DNA of 63,036 bases, counting the filler, from an uncultured archaeon (lineage in GTDB: Archaea > Nanobdellota > Nanobdellia > Woesearchaeales > CAIVOO01): assembly GCA_903842985.1 (NCBI GenBank). It is 5 parts of 5 records of this genome, joined end to end, with 100 filler letters (N's around TTAATTAATTAA, not from the genome) between each part and the next. Parts side by side here need not be neighbours in the genome. Positions count along the whole stretch, not along the records: positions 5,958 to 32,003 come from CAIMOB010000009.1; positions 32,104 to 37,557 come from CAIMOB010000010.1; 3 more parts are not named here. The stretch is one strand, 5' to 3'. Under the pieces are notes generated by a model, which ran no database searches, was not told where the DNA came from, and saw only the letters and a list, made by a program, of their open reading frames with translations. Below, piece after piece: positions 25,603-35,688 of the stretch. The translations under genes were made by a program, and so were the position numbers. Every line of letters starts with the position of its first letter. The first letter of the stretch is position 1.

Positions 25603-28600
25603 CCAAACCAGGAGCCAAGGCCTGCCTGCTTTTCTTTTTCTTTTCCAAACATCCCCTCAACCATTCTTTTTGTCAGCTCAAGTGACTGCTTCAGCCATTG
25701 CGGGACATTATATTTTTTGGCGAGGCTTATTGACGGCTCAAGGTACTTAACTATGCTCCCCTCAGAAATTGTAAATATCATATTGCCGCCGCACTTTGTG
25801 CATTTGCCTGTTAACGGCGGCCTCCTGAATATCTCATTGCACTTGCTGCACCTGAATTTCTGCATGGAGAATTTTCTTAAGTTTCCCTTTGTGTCCTTCA
25901 AAAAATGTTTTTCTATGACAAGTCTTGCAACATCAGACTCGTCGACAGCCCTTATTCTCTCTGCAAGGTCCATCTGACCCTTAAGCTTTTCCTCCATTGT
26001 CGGAAGTGTCTTATATGCAGAGCATTTTACACCGATGTTTATGTCTGAAACATCATGCGTGAAGCCCATCTGCTCGTACTGTTTCTCTGTCCCCAGCCTC
26101 TGCCCTATCTGGTCTATTTTTATGTCCCATGGCTGCTTGTATTCAAGCGTTGCCTCATAGAATTCAAGCGGGTAGCGCCAGGCAACATCAACCTTATGGA
26201 CCATGTCATCAACTTCTGCCGGATTCAGCATCGTTGTCAGGACAAGCGGGGAGTCCATTGTCCTGGAGCCTCTTTTGTCGGGAAGATACTGCCTTGAGAA
26301 ATTAAGCAGCGCATCCATCAAAAGTATGACGCAGTTTTCATCGCCGTCGCAGTCCCTCCTGTGGGCGGCGTGCCAGAGCGGATGCGCGTAGCAGCCCTGT
26401 GTGTCTGAAAATCCAATCACCCTGCCGATTATGCCTGCAGAGATGTGCGGCGCAAGACCTATCACAATGTGGCCTACCAGGTCTTCTTTCGTTTTTAAAT
26501 TGTAAAACGGCTCCAGACCGTAAAGCCTGACCAAAAGCTCATCAACAAAATTAGCTATCCTGAACAGGACTTCTGAGGCTTTTTCATCTGGTGAATCTGA
26601 TGAGCAGGGTAAAATTACATCCTGTGGTTTAATTTCAAGAATCTGGTTTTCGTCTTCAAGCGCTCTGCCGTTTATGTCTTTTTCATAGCCAAGTTCCTTG
26701 AGTTTTTGTATTGAAGTTTCTATCTCTTTTGGCTTGAAATGTGTTATTGGAATTTCCGTCATGTCATATCTTGTTGTCCCGTCCTTGTTGACAAACACAT
26801 TATGTTTTGCTCTCAGTATTCCTTTTGCCAAGTGCTCTGGTATGTGATCTTTGTTGCCCATCCCCCTGACACCCTTTATTAAATCTGGATAGTGGTTCAG
26901 GTCAATTTTTTTAAGTATGCTGTGAAAATAGTGTTTTATGTTGATGGATTGTTTTGTGTATGAGTAATTCTCGTGGCTGCATTTTTCAACTATGCCGCAG
27001 AGCTTGCAGTATCTGAGCCTTTTTGTCCTCTTGCCGCAGGTTTCACACACAGAAAAAACAGTCTGTGTGCCGCAGCTTTCGCATTTATAGATTGGAAAAT
27101 CTGATTTTACACAGCCTTTCTCAAGCGCGGACTGGAAACATCTCAGCCTGCCGCCTTCTGTACCGCATGGAAACAATGAATGCGGCGATCCTGTAAGCTT
27201 TCTCATCTTCGCCTTTTCCGGCCTTCCCATCCTTGCGCCGATAAAAGTGCCTGATTTGTCCCTCAACTTTACAGCAGAAACAAGGTTAAGTATTTCTAGA
27301 ATTGGCTTTTCCTTGTTTGCTTCAACAATCTGCGCCAATTTTCCGGCATCTTCCTCATTTTCAATCCCCAATGAAGCCATGAATGTTGCTGCGTGGTCCT
27401 TTTCAATTACAACAAAATCTGTAGAGACTATGTGCGGAATTCCTATCAGCTCGAGAATCCTTTTTTCTTTTTTAAGCGGCAGGACAATTTTTTCAACGGA
27501 GTCGGACTTCTGAACCTTTGCTTCATTGAGCCATTTAACCAGGCTTTCTAATTCTTTTGCAGAAATGGACTTCCAATGGTATGTATATTCGGGATGCAGA
27601 GGTATTTTTAGAAATGTTGAAATCTTGATTGCCATGTCCGGAGAAATTCTTGTGGTGTGCGGATTTTTAAGCAGCTGCCCAACCAAATCTGCGTCGCATT
27701 CCAGCAGCTCTGAAAGTTTTTCAATGTCCAGATTCCCAAATATGTTGACTGCTGCCTTTTCGAGCTCAGCTATCCACCACTCTTCGCAATAGCCTGCGGG
27801 AACCAGCTTGTGCGCCCTGTCATAAAAATCGCCGTATGAAAACAGGATGTCGCCGAGGAAAAGAATCTCCTTTATTTTGTCTGCAACATTGTGCGCCTCT
27901 TTTTCATTTGAAAGTTTTATGACTCTGCCATCATAAAGCTTGACAATCGGCCCTTCTATTGTGTCGCACATTGTTACTGCTGTTGCCTTGCCTGGCCTCT
28001 CTACTTTCAGCTGTGTTCCTGTTGCTATGTATCTGTTGAGTATCATTGATGTTGCTGGATGTATGCATGCAGAAGAGTATCCGCTGTTTCTTGCCCTGCC
28101 ATATCTTAATCTAAATCCGCCTGATGCCAGCGGATGCGACAAAACAGGCCTGCCTGCAACAAGGTCTGAGATATATGTGTAATCTGGCTTTATTTTGTCT
28201 TCGGATGCTGTATCTTTTCCTTGTGCCTTGCTTGCTTTCTGTATTTCAAGGAATTCTTTCAGAAAACCCCAATCCAGATTTAATTTTGCGCCCCATTTGT
28301 TCAGCTCCTTCCATACCTTTGGCGCTTTCAGCGCAAGCATTGAAAGGACAAGGCAGAAGCCTCCCCTTATCTTGTTTGTTTCGATGCGAGGTAGGTCTTT
28401 GTAGTTTGAAACATTTATCTTTTCGGTTGGGTCCCCATCAATCTCAACTGGAATTTTTGATACCAAGAATTTTATCTCTTTCTCGCTCGCGCGGTATTGC
28501 AGGTTCGCGATGCGGTCGTGATAGTCTTCAAGTTCTGTGTATGCCCTATTTGTTTCAATCTCATCTGCATCATATGCTGAATAGCCAAGATTTTTCCTTA

Positions 28601-29114
28601 CATAATCTGAAATTATTATCGATACTGCGGCTGCTGTGCCGCCGGCGCCCCTTACTGGGCTTGCATATATTATTGCAATGTATTCTTTTCCATCTTTTCT
28701 TTTTTTTACTTTTATGTCAACAATGCCCTCAAGCGGGGCTGAAACAATTCCCACAGTGTGGTAAGCGAAGCCTGTCCTTATGCCTATCACCATCGCCTCA
28801 TGTTTGTCCTTGAATTTGCAAAATTTTTCCTGTGCGACCTCAAGCGCGATTTTCAGCGCAACCTCCCAGGAAAGCCTCCCATATTCTTTTTCTAGTTCAT
28901 TTATCCTTTCAATCATTCCTTTTCCAACAAGCTGGGGTGCAACTGCGGATATCAGGCCTTCGACCCTCTCTGCCATGTTTCTTGCGATTGGGATGTCTAC
29001 CTTTTCCTCTGGGTCGTAGCCCTTTTCTCTGGCTTTTCTGGCAATATCATATGCCGTTTCAACCTTTTCATCTATTTCATCAAAATAATTTTTGATTTCG
29101 TTGCTTGCTTCCAT
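25599..29114 (-). CDS. polC: DNA polymerase D large subunit DP2
   Basis: AGRPV, GGFRLRYGR, IGARMGRPEK, RRDCDGDE, MDSPLVL; no intein. Confidence 0.98.
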   Translation of the reverse strand: MEASNEIKNYFDEIDEKVETAYDIARKAREKGYDPEEKVDIPIARNMAERVEGLISAVAPQLVGKGMIERINELEKEYGRLSWEVALKIALEVAQEKFCKFKDKHEAMVIGIRTGFAYHTVGIVSAPLEGIVDIKVKKRKDGKEYIAIIYASPVRGAGGTAAAVSIIISDYVRKNLGYSAYDADEIETNRAYTELEDYHDRIANLQYRASEKEIKFLVSKIPVEIDGDPTEKINVSNYKDLPRIETNKIRGGFCLVLSMLALKAPKVWKELNKWGAKLNLDWGFLKEFLEIQKASKAQGKDTASEDKIKPDYTYISDLVAGRPVLSHPLASGGFRLRYGRARNSGYSSACIHPATSMILNRYIATGTQLKVERPGKATAVTMCDTIEGPIVKLYDGRVIKLSNEKEAHNVADKIKEILFLGDILFSYGDFYDRAHKLVPAGYCEEWWIAELEKAAVNIFGNLDIEKLSELLECDADLVGQLLKNPHTTRISPDMAIKISTFLKIPLHPEYTYHWKSISAKELESLVKWLNEAKVQKSDSVEKIVLPLKKEKRILELIGIPHIVSTDFVVIEKDHAATFMASLGIENEEDAGKLAQIVEANKEKPILEILNLVSAVKLRDKSGTFIGARMGRPEKAKMRKLTGSPHSLFPCGTEGGRLRCFQSALEKGCVKSDFPIYKCESCGTQTVFSVCETCGKRTKRLRYCKLCGIVEKCSHENYSYTKQSINIKHYFHSILKKIDLNHYPDLIKGVRGMGNKDHIPEHLAKGILRAKHNVFVNKDGTTRYDMTEIPITHFKPKEIETSIQKLKELGYEKDINGRALEDENQILEIKPQDVILPCSSDSPDEKASEVLFRIANFVDELLVRLYGLEPFYNLKTKEDLVGHIVIGLAPHISAGIIGRVIGFSDTQGCYAHPLWHAAHRRDCDGDENCVILLMDALLNFSRQYLPDKRGSRTMDSPLVLTTMLNPAEVDDMVHKVDVAWRYPLEFYEATLEYKQPWDIKIDQIGQRLGTEKQYEQMGFTHDVSDINIGVKCSAYKTLPTMEEKLKGQMDLAERIRAVDESDVARLVIEKHFLKDTKGNLRKFSMQKFRCSKCNEIFRRPPLTGKCTKCGGNMIFTISEGSIVKYLEPSISLAKKYNVPQWLKQSLELTKRMVEGMFGKEKEKQAGLGSWFG

Positions 29115-29115
29115 T

Positions 29116-30678
29116 TTAAAACTTGATAATCTTCGCCTCCCTTGTCTGCAGATTGACAATTATTGCCCTTGCGGGCTCTGGCTCAAGGCCCACTTTTTCC
29201 TGATAATCTGTCTTGCCTATCCAAGACGAGCAGTTGAGCAGCGTTATGTTTCTGTAGTTTGCAACAGTTGTGCGGTGTATGTGCCCTGTCACAAAAAAAT
29301 CTGGCACCCTGTCTATCACCAGTGGGTCCTGATCCGGGTCCGGAACATAGAGTGTGGAAGCGTGTGTCGGTGCAAGATGCCTTCTTTGTAGCATGTACTT
29401 CATAATCAGATCCGCCCTTTTCTGCGCGCCGCTCGCTCTTATGCTTTCAACTTCAAATGCATAAAAATTAAAGCTGTAGCCGTGGTACAAAAGAATGTCA
29501 AATCCGGGAAAATCATGCGTCTTGTCTATGTTTACCAACGCAGGGTTACTGACAGATATCACATTCGGCAGCTTATAGACTGCCCCTGCAAAATCCTCGT
29601 AAAGCGGCGGCTGTGGCTCTGCAATTCTCATTGCGTCGTGATTTCCGGGGCAAATAATAATCTTGATGTGTGGCGGTATTTTTTTAAGGACGTCTGCAAG
29701 AAAAGTGTATTGCTCATATATGTCCTGTATTTCAAGGTCCTTGTGGTGGTTTGGATAGATTCCAACGCCATCAACAAGGTCGCCGACTATAAACATATAT
29801 TTTATTTTCTTTGATATCTTTCTCTGGTCTTCGTTTCCGAGCTCTCCGTTAATCCACTTGATAAACTTGTCAAAGTTTTCATGAAGGAATGCCTTTGAGC
29901 CGAAATGATGGTCACCGATGAAGAGCGCGTAGCCTTCTTCAGGAGATTTTTTCAATTCCTTGCTTGTGGGAACATCTGGCAGAAGTATGTTGTTTGCAAA
30001 TATTATTTTATCGCCAGTTACGCCAACTATCCCTATCACTTCATCGAGCATCACATCTTTGGCAAGATTGTAAAGGTCCTGCTTGTTTTTGCTTACAATC
30101 GCCCGGATTGTCCCTGTCGGGTCTTCGAGCGTCAGCATTATGTTCATGTTTTTTGTTACACTCTTGTCAAGCACGATTCCTATAAGCGAGATTTCCTCTT
30201 TTACAGTTTTTGAAATGATCCTCTTTATTGAAACTGCGTTCTGAAGCTCCTGCCTGTTTTGAAGGATAGATTTCAATGCGTTGTATCTGTGGTTAAAATA
30301 TGACACAAAATTTTGAACCTCCCTTTTTTTGCTTGGCTTGTCATAAGAGAAAAGCACTTGAACTGAGCTTTTTATTGAGTCATCCTCCAAAACTTGGTTG
30401 ATGAATCTTTTATACCCCTTGTCCTGGCCGCTTTTCTCAAGGATTGCCTTTGATTTGTCAAATTCAACCCAATTTACATCTTTGAGGTTTTTGTCAAAAT
30501 AGCCAGTTATATCATCAGAAAGCATCATGAGGTCTTTTTCCGCCTTTTCTGATATGTACTGATAAAGGCGGTCTACAAAATCTGAATTTTCAAGCTTCTC
30601 AAGAATTTTTGAATCTAGCAAAATCCCCTTTTTCAAAAATAAATTTATTATTTTTTTCTTTTTCTCTTCAGCTTCCAT
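29116..30678 (-). CDS. polB: DNA polymerase D small subunit DP1
   Basis: OB fold; DHHFGS, GDLVDG, PGNHD, YHG, RRHLAPT, GHIH phosphoesterase motifs. Confidence 0.96.
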   Translation of the reverse strand: MEAEEKKKKIINLFLKKGILLDSKILEKLENSDFVDRLYQYISEKAEKDLMMLSDDITGYFDKNLKDVNWVEFDKSKAILEKSGQDKGYKRFINQVLEDDSIKSSVQVLFSYDKPSKKREVQNFVSYFNHRYNALKSILQNRQELQNAVSIKRIISKTVKEEISLIGIVLDKSVTKNMNIMLTLEDPTGTIRAIVSKNKQDLYNLAKDVMLDEVIGIVGVTGDKIIFANNILLPDVPTSKELKKSPEEGYALFIGDHHFGSKAFLHENFDKFIKWINGELGNEDQRKISKKIKYMFIVGDLVDGVGIYPNHHKDLEIQDIYEQYTFLADVLKKIPPHIKIIICPGNHDAMRIAEPQPPLYEDFAGAVYKLPNVISVSNPALVNIDKTHDFPGFDILLYHGYSFNFYAFEVESIRASGAQKRADLIMKYMLQRRHLAPTHASTLYVPDPDQDPLVIDRVPDFFVTGHIHRTTVANYRNITLLNCSSWIGKTDYQEKVGLEPEPARAIIVNLQTREAKIIKF

Positions 30679-30679
30679 T

Positions 30680-31885
30680 TTAAACATTAAGGTCTTTTTC
30701 CAAAATCTCAACTATCTTTGATTTGGTTGTTGGATTTAGTGCTATCGAAATCTGCCTCATGCGGCCGTATCTTCCTTTAGAAATAATTTTTGCGTTTATT
30801 ATGCCAAGCATGTCAAGCTCTGATATTATGTCTGACGTCCTTCTCTGGGTCAGCGGCCTTAGCGCCGATTTGCTGCATATATTTTTGTAGAAATTATAGA
30901 TGTCTCCTGTAAAAACCTGGCTTTCCTTTGAGCAGAAAAGTATTGAATAAAGAACTGCCTGGAACTGCTTTGGCTGGTTAAGGACTATGTCAACCATGTG
31001 GTCTTTTTCAATTTTTTCGTCTGCATCGTCAAGGTGGGCTATTTTCAATTTCTCCGAACCGCTTCTTTCGGCAAGCTCCCCGGCAACTCTCAAAAGCTCA
31101 AGCGCCCTTCTTGCATCGCCATGCTCCCTTGCAGTGTAAGCTGCGCATTTCTCTATGACTCCGTCTTCGATAACGTTGTCCTGGAATGCACATCTTGACC
31201 TTGAAAGCAGGATGTCCTGAAGTTGGAGTGCGTTGTATGGCGGAAACACCATCTCCTCTTCTGACAGTGAGGATTTTATTCGCGGGTCAAGGTATTCTGT
31301 AAATTTGTAATCATTTGATATCCCAATAATAGATATTTGTGAGTTTGTGAGCTCAGAGTTTATTCTTGTGAGATTGTAGAGAATCTCGTCGCCTATTTTT
31401 TTAACAAGCTGGTCTATCTCATCAAGCACAAGGATAAATAGCTGGTTTCTTTCATCAATTATATTGAAGAAAATCTTGTAAATCTCGTCTGTCGGCAGGC
31501 CGGTTGTCGGCACTGTCTTTCCCAAATCCCTGATCAGCTGGGCAATAAGCCTATACTCTGTGTCTGCTATTTTTTTAAGTTTGCAATTAATATAAAGCTG
31601 TTGGATTGGAATTGATTTTTCTTCGCTGAGCGCCTTTATTTTTTTAAGTACGTGTTTGACAGAAAGTGTTTTGCCTGTACCTGTTTTTCCATAAACAAAT
31701 AGGTTTGAAGGTTTTTGAAGTTTAAGGGCGGGCGCCAATATCTTTGCAATTTGGTTTATCTGGTCCTCCCTGTGTGGTATATTTTCAGGGGTGTAATTTG
31801 ACTGCAATATTTTTTTGTCCTTGAATATTGTGTTTGTCTTTAAGAAATCCTCAAATATTTCATTTACGTTGCTCATCTTCGCCAC
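30680..31885 (-). CDS. cdc6: Orc1/Cdc6 replication initiator
   Basis: YGKTGTGKT, LDEID, FPPY, GDARRAL, wHTH GRYGR. Confidence 0.97.
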   Translation of the reverse strand: MAKMSNVNEIFEDFLKTNTIFKDKKILQSNYTPENIPHREDQINQIAKILAPALKLQKPSNLFVYGKTGTGKTLSVKHVLKKIKALSEEKSIPIQQLYINCKLKKIADTEYRLIAQLIRDLGKTVPTTGLPTDEIYKIFFNIIDERNQLFILVLDEIDQLVKKIGDEILYNLTRINSELTNSQISIIGISNDYKFTEYLDPRIKSSLSEEEMVFPPYNALQLQDILLSRSRCAFQDNVIEDGVIEKCAAYTAREHGDARRALELLRVAGELAERSGSEKLKIAHLDDADEKIEKDHMVDIVLNQPKQFQAVLYSILFCSKESQVFTGDIYNFYKNICSKSALRPLTQRRTSDIISELDMLGIINAKIISKGRYGRMRQISIALNPTTKSKIVEILEKDLNV

Positions 31886-31906
31886 CCCTCATCTTTTCTC
31901 TTAAAA

Positions 31907-31925
31907 CTCCATGAGAAATGAAGGT
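31907..31925 (+). promoter_or_regulatory. Mini-ORB-like site upstream of cdc6, followed by an AT-rich tract (possible origin edge)
   Basis: CTCCATGAGAAATGAAGGT resembles the ORB core; 31926-32003 is very AT-rich; contig ends at 32003. Confidence 0.45.
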
Positions 31926-32003
31926 ATATAAATATTTTATGTTTTATTAAAAATTAGATTATAAAGTATATAAAATATATTAAAACAAATTGATTGCTTT
32001 TGT

Positions 32004-32103
32004 NNNNNNNNNNNNNNNNNNNNNNNNNNNNNNNNNNNNNNNNNNNNTTAATTAATTAANNNNNNNNNNNNNNNNNNNNNNNNNNNNNNNNNNNNNNNNN
32101 NNN
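32004..32103. other. Artificial contig-join linker
   Basis: N44-TTAATTAATTAA-N44. Confidence 0.98.
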
Positions 32104-32418
32104 ATGCTCTGGGCAGTTTTTCCTTTAATTTTTTCTTCTTCAGGAGTTATGTTTGATAGTTATCAATTAGCCCTCTTAAACACAAGCCATATTCAATCCA
32201 TAAATGGAAACCAAGTCTACTATCTGAATTATACAATACTTTTGGGGGGGGTAAATGAAACAGGTCTAACTAAAATAACTACTTCAGAAAATACTTATGT
32301 GCTCACAAAAGAATTAATTTTAAAACAAGGCTATGCGGAAGCGATGGACCAAGGATATACGGTTGCTTATGAAAATTCTCCTGCAATAAATCAAGGACTA
32401 GGGGGTATAATAATAAAA

Positions 32419-32634
32419 ATGAGAAAAAAAGCAAGAGAGTTAAGCCCGCTGAGCCAAGCGGAGCTGAAGAGCAAGCTAAGTGAGCTTGAGAAGGAGCTTG
32501 TCAAGCTCAGAGCGCAAGTTGCTACAGGTACTGCTCTTAAAAGCCCCGGACAGGTAAGGGAAACAAGAAGGGGCATAGCAAGAATCAATACGTTTTTAAA
32601 AATGAAATCGGAGGCAAAAAAAACAAATGAGTGA
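32419..32634 (+). CDS. rpl29: 50S ribosomal protein L29
   Basis: ELxxKLxELxKEL..R..PGQVRETRRGIARINT; precedes SUI1 as in the archaeal cluster. Confidence 0.9.
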   Translation: MRKKARELSPLSQAELKSKLSELEKELVKLRAQVATGTALKSPGQVRETRRGIARINTFLKMKSEAKKTNE

Positions 32635-32956
32635 GATTTGCACAATGTGCGGTCTTCCAAAAGACCTCTGTGTTTGCGAGACAATCGCAAAAGAGAGCCA
32701 GAAGATACTGATAAAGACAGTGAAGAAGAAATTCGGGAAGATTTACACAATCATTGAGGGAATCGATGCAAAAGAAATCGATCTCAAAGAGCTGGTGAAA
32801 CAGCTCAAGAATTCCCTTGCGTGCGGAGGCACGGTCAAGGAAGGCAAAATAGAGCTTCAGGGAGACCATTCCCCAAGGGCGGGAAGCGGGCCTGACGCAA
32901 AAAAAGTGCTGATAAAAGCTGGATTCGCTCCAAACAGCATTGAATCAAAAAGGTAG
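32627..32956 (+). CDS. Translation initiation factor aIF-1 (SUI1)
   Basis: CGLPKDLCVCE, LACGGTVK, IELQGDH. Confidence 0.95.
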   Translation: MSEICTMCGLPKDLCVCETIAKESQKILIKTVKKKFGKIYTIIEGIDAKEIDLKELVKQLKNSLACGGTVKEGKIELQGDHSPRAGSGPDAKKVLIKAGFAPNSIESKR

Positions 32957-32957
32957 C

Positions 32958-33200
32958 ATGAAGATAACAAAAGGAGAGCTCATAGGAAAAGATATAAAGA
33001 TTACCGGAGCGAAAAACAATGACAACATCGGCATCGAAGGAAAGATTGTCGATGAGACAAGGAACACAATTGTTGTGCTCAGCAGTGGAAAGGAAAAGCG
33101 TCTGCTGAAAAACAACATAACAATCCTTTTCAAAAACGAGAGGCTGAAGGTCGAAGGAAGACTTTTGGCAGGAAGGCCTGAAGAGAGGATAAAGAAATGA
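32958..33200 (+). CDS. rnp1: Ribonuclease P protein component 1 (Rpp29)
   Basis: ELIG, GKIVDETRN, RPEERIK. Confidence 0.93.
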   Translation: MKITKGELIGKDIKITGAKNNDNIGIEGKIVDETRNTIVVLSSGKEKRLLKNNITILFKNERLKVEGRLLAGRPEERIKK

Positions 33201-33517
33201 CAAAAAACATCGGTTTCGGGATAGAAGCGCCAAAAAATGAGTGCAAGGACAAGAAATGCCCATTCCACGGCGAACTTAAGGTTAGAGGCAGGAGTTTTGA
33301 AGGTACTGTGATATCCGCAAAATTCACGGCGAGCCCAACAATAGAATGGAAGCGAATGAATTTTGTGCAGAAATATGAGAGATATGAAAAGGCAAGAACA
33401 AGGGTAAAGGCGCACAATCCGAAATGCATAGATGCTGCCGTAGGTGACAAGGTGCTCATAATGGAGTGCAGGCCGATAAGCAAGACAAAGAATTTCGTTA
33501 TCGTGAAAAAATGTTAG
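33197..33517 (+). CDS. rps17: 30S ribosomal protein S17
   Basis: CPFHG.L.VRG, KYERYEK, CRPISKTK. Confidence 0.97.
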   Translation: MTKNIGFGIEAPKNECKDKKCPFHGELKVRGRSFEGTVISAKFTASPTIEWKRMNFVQKYERYEKARTRVKAHNPKCIDAAVGDKVLIMECRPISKTKNFVIVKKC

Positions 33518-33912
33518 CACTAAAATCAAAAATACCAAAAGCATTGCCGCACGGCGCGTATCTTGTAGCGTGCGACAATTCAGGAGCAAAGATGCTCAAG
33601 CTAATCTCAGTTATAGGCTGCAAAACAGTCAAGGGAAGAATCCCTGCCGGCGGAATCGGCGACCTGATACTTGCCGCTGTCAAGAAAGGAAAAGTAGGAA
33701 TGAGAAAGCAGGTTGTGTTTGCGGTCATTGTCAGGCAGAAGAAGGAGTTCAGAAGGCCTGATGGCATGCGTGTGAGCTTCGAAGACAATGCAGCAGTTGT
33801 GCTAAAGGATAAGAAAGGCTCGCCAAAAGGCACACTGTACAAGGGCCCAATTGCAAAGGAGATAGTAAAAAGATGGCCGATGGTTGCAAAGGTAGCAAGC
33901 GTGATAGTATGA
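33511..33912 (+). CDS. rpl14: 50S ribosomal protein L14
   Basis: CDNSGAK, AVIVRQKK, FEDNAAV, GPIAKE. Confidence 0.97.
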   Translation: MLALKSKIPKALPHGAYLVACDNSGAKMLKLISVIGCKTVKGRIPAGGIGDLILAAVKKGKVGMRKQVVFAVIVRQKKEFRRPDGMRVSFEDNAAVVLKDKKGSPKGTLYKGPIAKEIVKRWPMVAKVASVIV

Positions 33913-34268
33913 AAACCAAAAAAAGAAGCAAGCAGAGAAAAAGAATTTTTGAAGCTAAGCTGCATGAAAGAAATAAGCTTATGTCTTCAAGGCTTTCAGA
34001 AGAGCTTACAAAGAAGTATAAAATGAGGAACATCCCCACAAGAAAAGGGGACAAGGTCAAGATCGTAAGAGGAAAATACAAGGGCACAACCGGAAAGATA
34101 AACAAGGTTGATACAAAAAGGCTCAGGGTATTTATCGACGGGGCTGACAGGCCAAAAACAGAAGGAAGCAAGTCATTTTACCCGATACGCCCTTCAAAAT
34201 TAATAATACTTGAGCTTAATTTGGATGACAAGAAGAGGCTGAAGCAGCTAAAGAGGAAGGAAGGATAA
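33909..34268 (+). CDS. rpl24: 50S ribosomal protein L24
   Basis: KQRK, RKGDKVKIVRGKYKG KOW motif, PIRPSK. Confidence 0.95.
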   Translation: MKTKKRSKQRKRIFEAKLHERNKLMSSRLSEELTKKYKMRNIPTRKGDKVKIVRGKYKGTTGKINKVDTKRLRVFIDGADRPKTEGSKSFYPIRPSKLIILELNLDDKKRLKQLKRKEG

Positions 34269-34270
34269 AA

Positions 34271-34948
34271 ATGGTCAAAAATCATTTGAAAGCAATAGCA
34301 ACGCCAAAAACGTGGAAGATAAAGAGAAAAAAATACGAATGGGTAACAAAACCAAAGGGCAGCCACAAGCTGGAGTATTGCATGTCAATAAATACAATAC
34401 TTGTGGACTTTTTGAAATATGCAAAAACAAACAGGGAAGTAAAAAGAATTTTGAGCAAAAAGGGCGTTTTTGTTGACGGCGTTAAAGTAAAGAGGCCCGA
34501 ACAGTCAGCAGGACTGATGGACATAATCACAATACCTGAGATAAAGGAAAGCTACAGAGTTATGCTTGACAACAGGGGAAAGCTTGACTTGTTGAAGGTC
34601 GATGAAAAGACAAAGCTATGCAAGATAATAAACAAGACAAAAGTCAGCAAAAAAATCCAGCTCAACCTTTTTGGAGGAAAAAATATCCTGGCTGACAAGG
34701 ATGAATTCAATGTCGGAGATACTGTTGTTTTGGAGCTCCCTGGCAACAAAATAAAATCAAGCATCAAATTCGAGGAGGGAAGCTCATGCTACCTTTTTGG
34801 AGGGAATCACATAGGAGAAACAGGCGTTATCAAGAAAATTGAGGGCAACAAGGTGGTTGTTAAAACGAAAGACGAAGAGTTTGAAACGCTTAAAAAATTC
34901 ATCTACATTATCGGAAAGGAAAAACCACTCATAAAATTTGAAAAATGA
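34271..34948 (+). CDS. rps4e: 30S ribosomal protein S4e
   Basis: HLK...PKTW.I.RK, VDG, GLMD, GGNHIG. Confidence 0.96.
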   Translation: MVKNHLKAIATPKTWKIKRKKYEWVTKPKGSHKLEYCMSINTILVDFLKYAKTNREVKRILSKKGVFVDGVKVKRPEQSAGLMDIITIPEIKESYRVMLDNRGKLDLLKVDEKTKLCKIINKTKVSKKIQLNLFGGKNILADKDEFNVGDTVVLELPGNKIKSSIKFEEGSSCYLFGGNHIGETGVIKKIEGNKVVVKTKDEEFETLKKFIYIIGKEKPLIKFEK

Positions 34949-35454
34949 ACATGCGAGAAATAAAAATAGAAAAAGTAACATTGAACATCGGTGCAGGAAA
35001 AAACACTGACAAACTTGAGAAAGGTGTAAGGCTGCTCAAGATAATCACCGGAGGAAATCCTGTTAAGACTATCACGCAGAAAAGGATCCCAACATGGGGA
35101 TTGAGGCCCGGCCTTCCTGTTGGCTGCAAGATAACGCTTAGGAAGGGCAAGGCAACAGAGGTATTGAAGAGGATGCTCGAGGCAAATGATAAGGAGATGG
35201 AAGAGAGCCAGTTCGATGACAACGGCAACGTCGCATTCGGGGTCCATGAATACATAAACATACCTGGTGTGAATTACAATCCTGAAATTGAGATAATGGG
35301 TCTGCAGTGCTGCGTCACACTTGAAAGGGCGGGCTACAGGGTGAAGAAAAGAAAAAAGGCAAGGAGGAAGCTGCCAAAAAAGCAGAAAATCGGGAAGGAA
35401 GACGCTATTGACTTCATGAAAAAAGAATTTGGCATAAAACTCAAGGAAAAATGA
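34945..35454 (+). CDS. rpl5: 50S ribosomal protein L5
   Basis: [26 protein letters not shown]. Confidence 0.97.
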   Translation: MNMREIKIEKVTLNIGAGKNTDKLEKGVRLLKIITGGNPVKTITQKRIPTWGLRPGLPVGCKITLRKGKATEVLKRMLEANDKEMEESQFDDNGNVAFGVHEYINIPGVNYNPEIEIMGLQCCVTLERAGYRVKKRKKARRKLPKKQKIGKEDAIDFMKKEFGIKLKEK

Positions 35455-35681
35455 CAACAAGCAGCTATACAAAAATTTTCAGACAGATAAAGGGCAAGCC
35501 CGAGAAAATGAAGAAGTTCATAAAGCACTGCGCTCCTAAAAAGAGAAGCTGCGGCCTGGCAAAAAAAAGATGCGAAAGATGCGGAAGGTTTGGCGGCCAT
35601 GTAAGCAAATACGGCCTGAACTTCTGCAGGCACTGCTTCAGGGAGATAGCGTATGAGATTGGATTCAAAAAATACAACTAG
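35451..35681 (+). CDS. rps14: 30S ribosomal protein S14 (N-terminally extended)
   Basis: [24 protein letters not shown]. Confidence 0.95.
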   Translation: MTTSSYTKIFRQIKGKPEKMKKFIKHCAPKKRSCGLAKKRCERCGRFGGHVSKYGLNFCRHCFREIAYEIGFKKYN

Positions 35682-35688
35682 GTGAAAA

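Noticed and set aside
21395..29114. Inteins in MCM or DP2 (also checked NrdJ and Cdc6)
   Set aside because: Lengths are normal and conserved motifs are uninterrupted.
33563..33578. TTGTAGCGTGCGACAA, loosely similar to the mcm palindrome
   Set aside because: Inside rpl14 coding sequence, with different spacing and mismatched arms.
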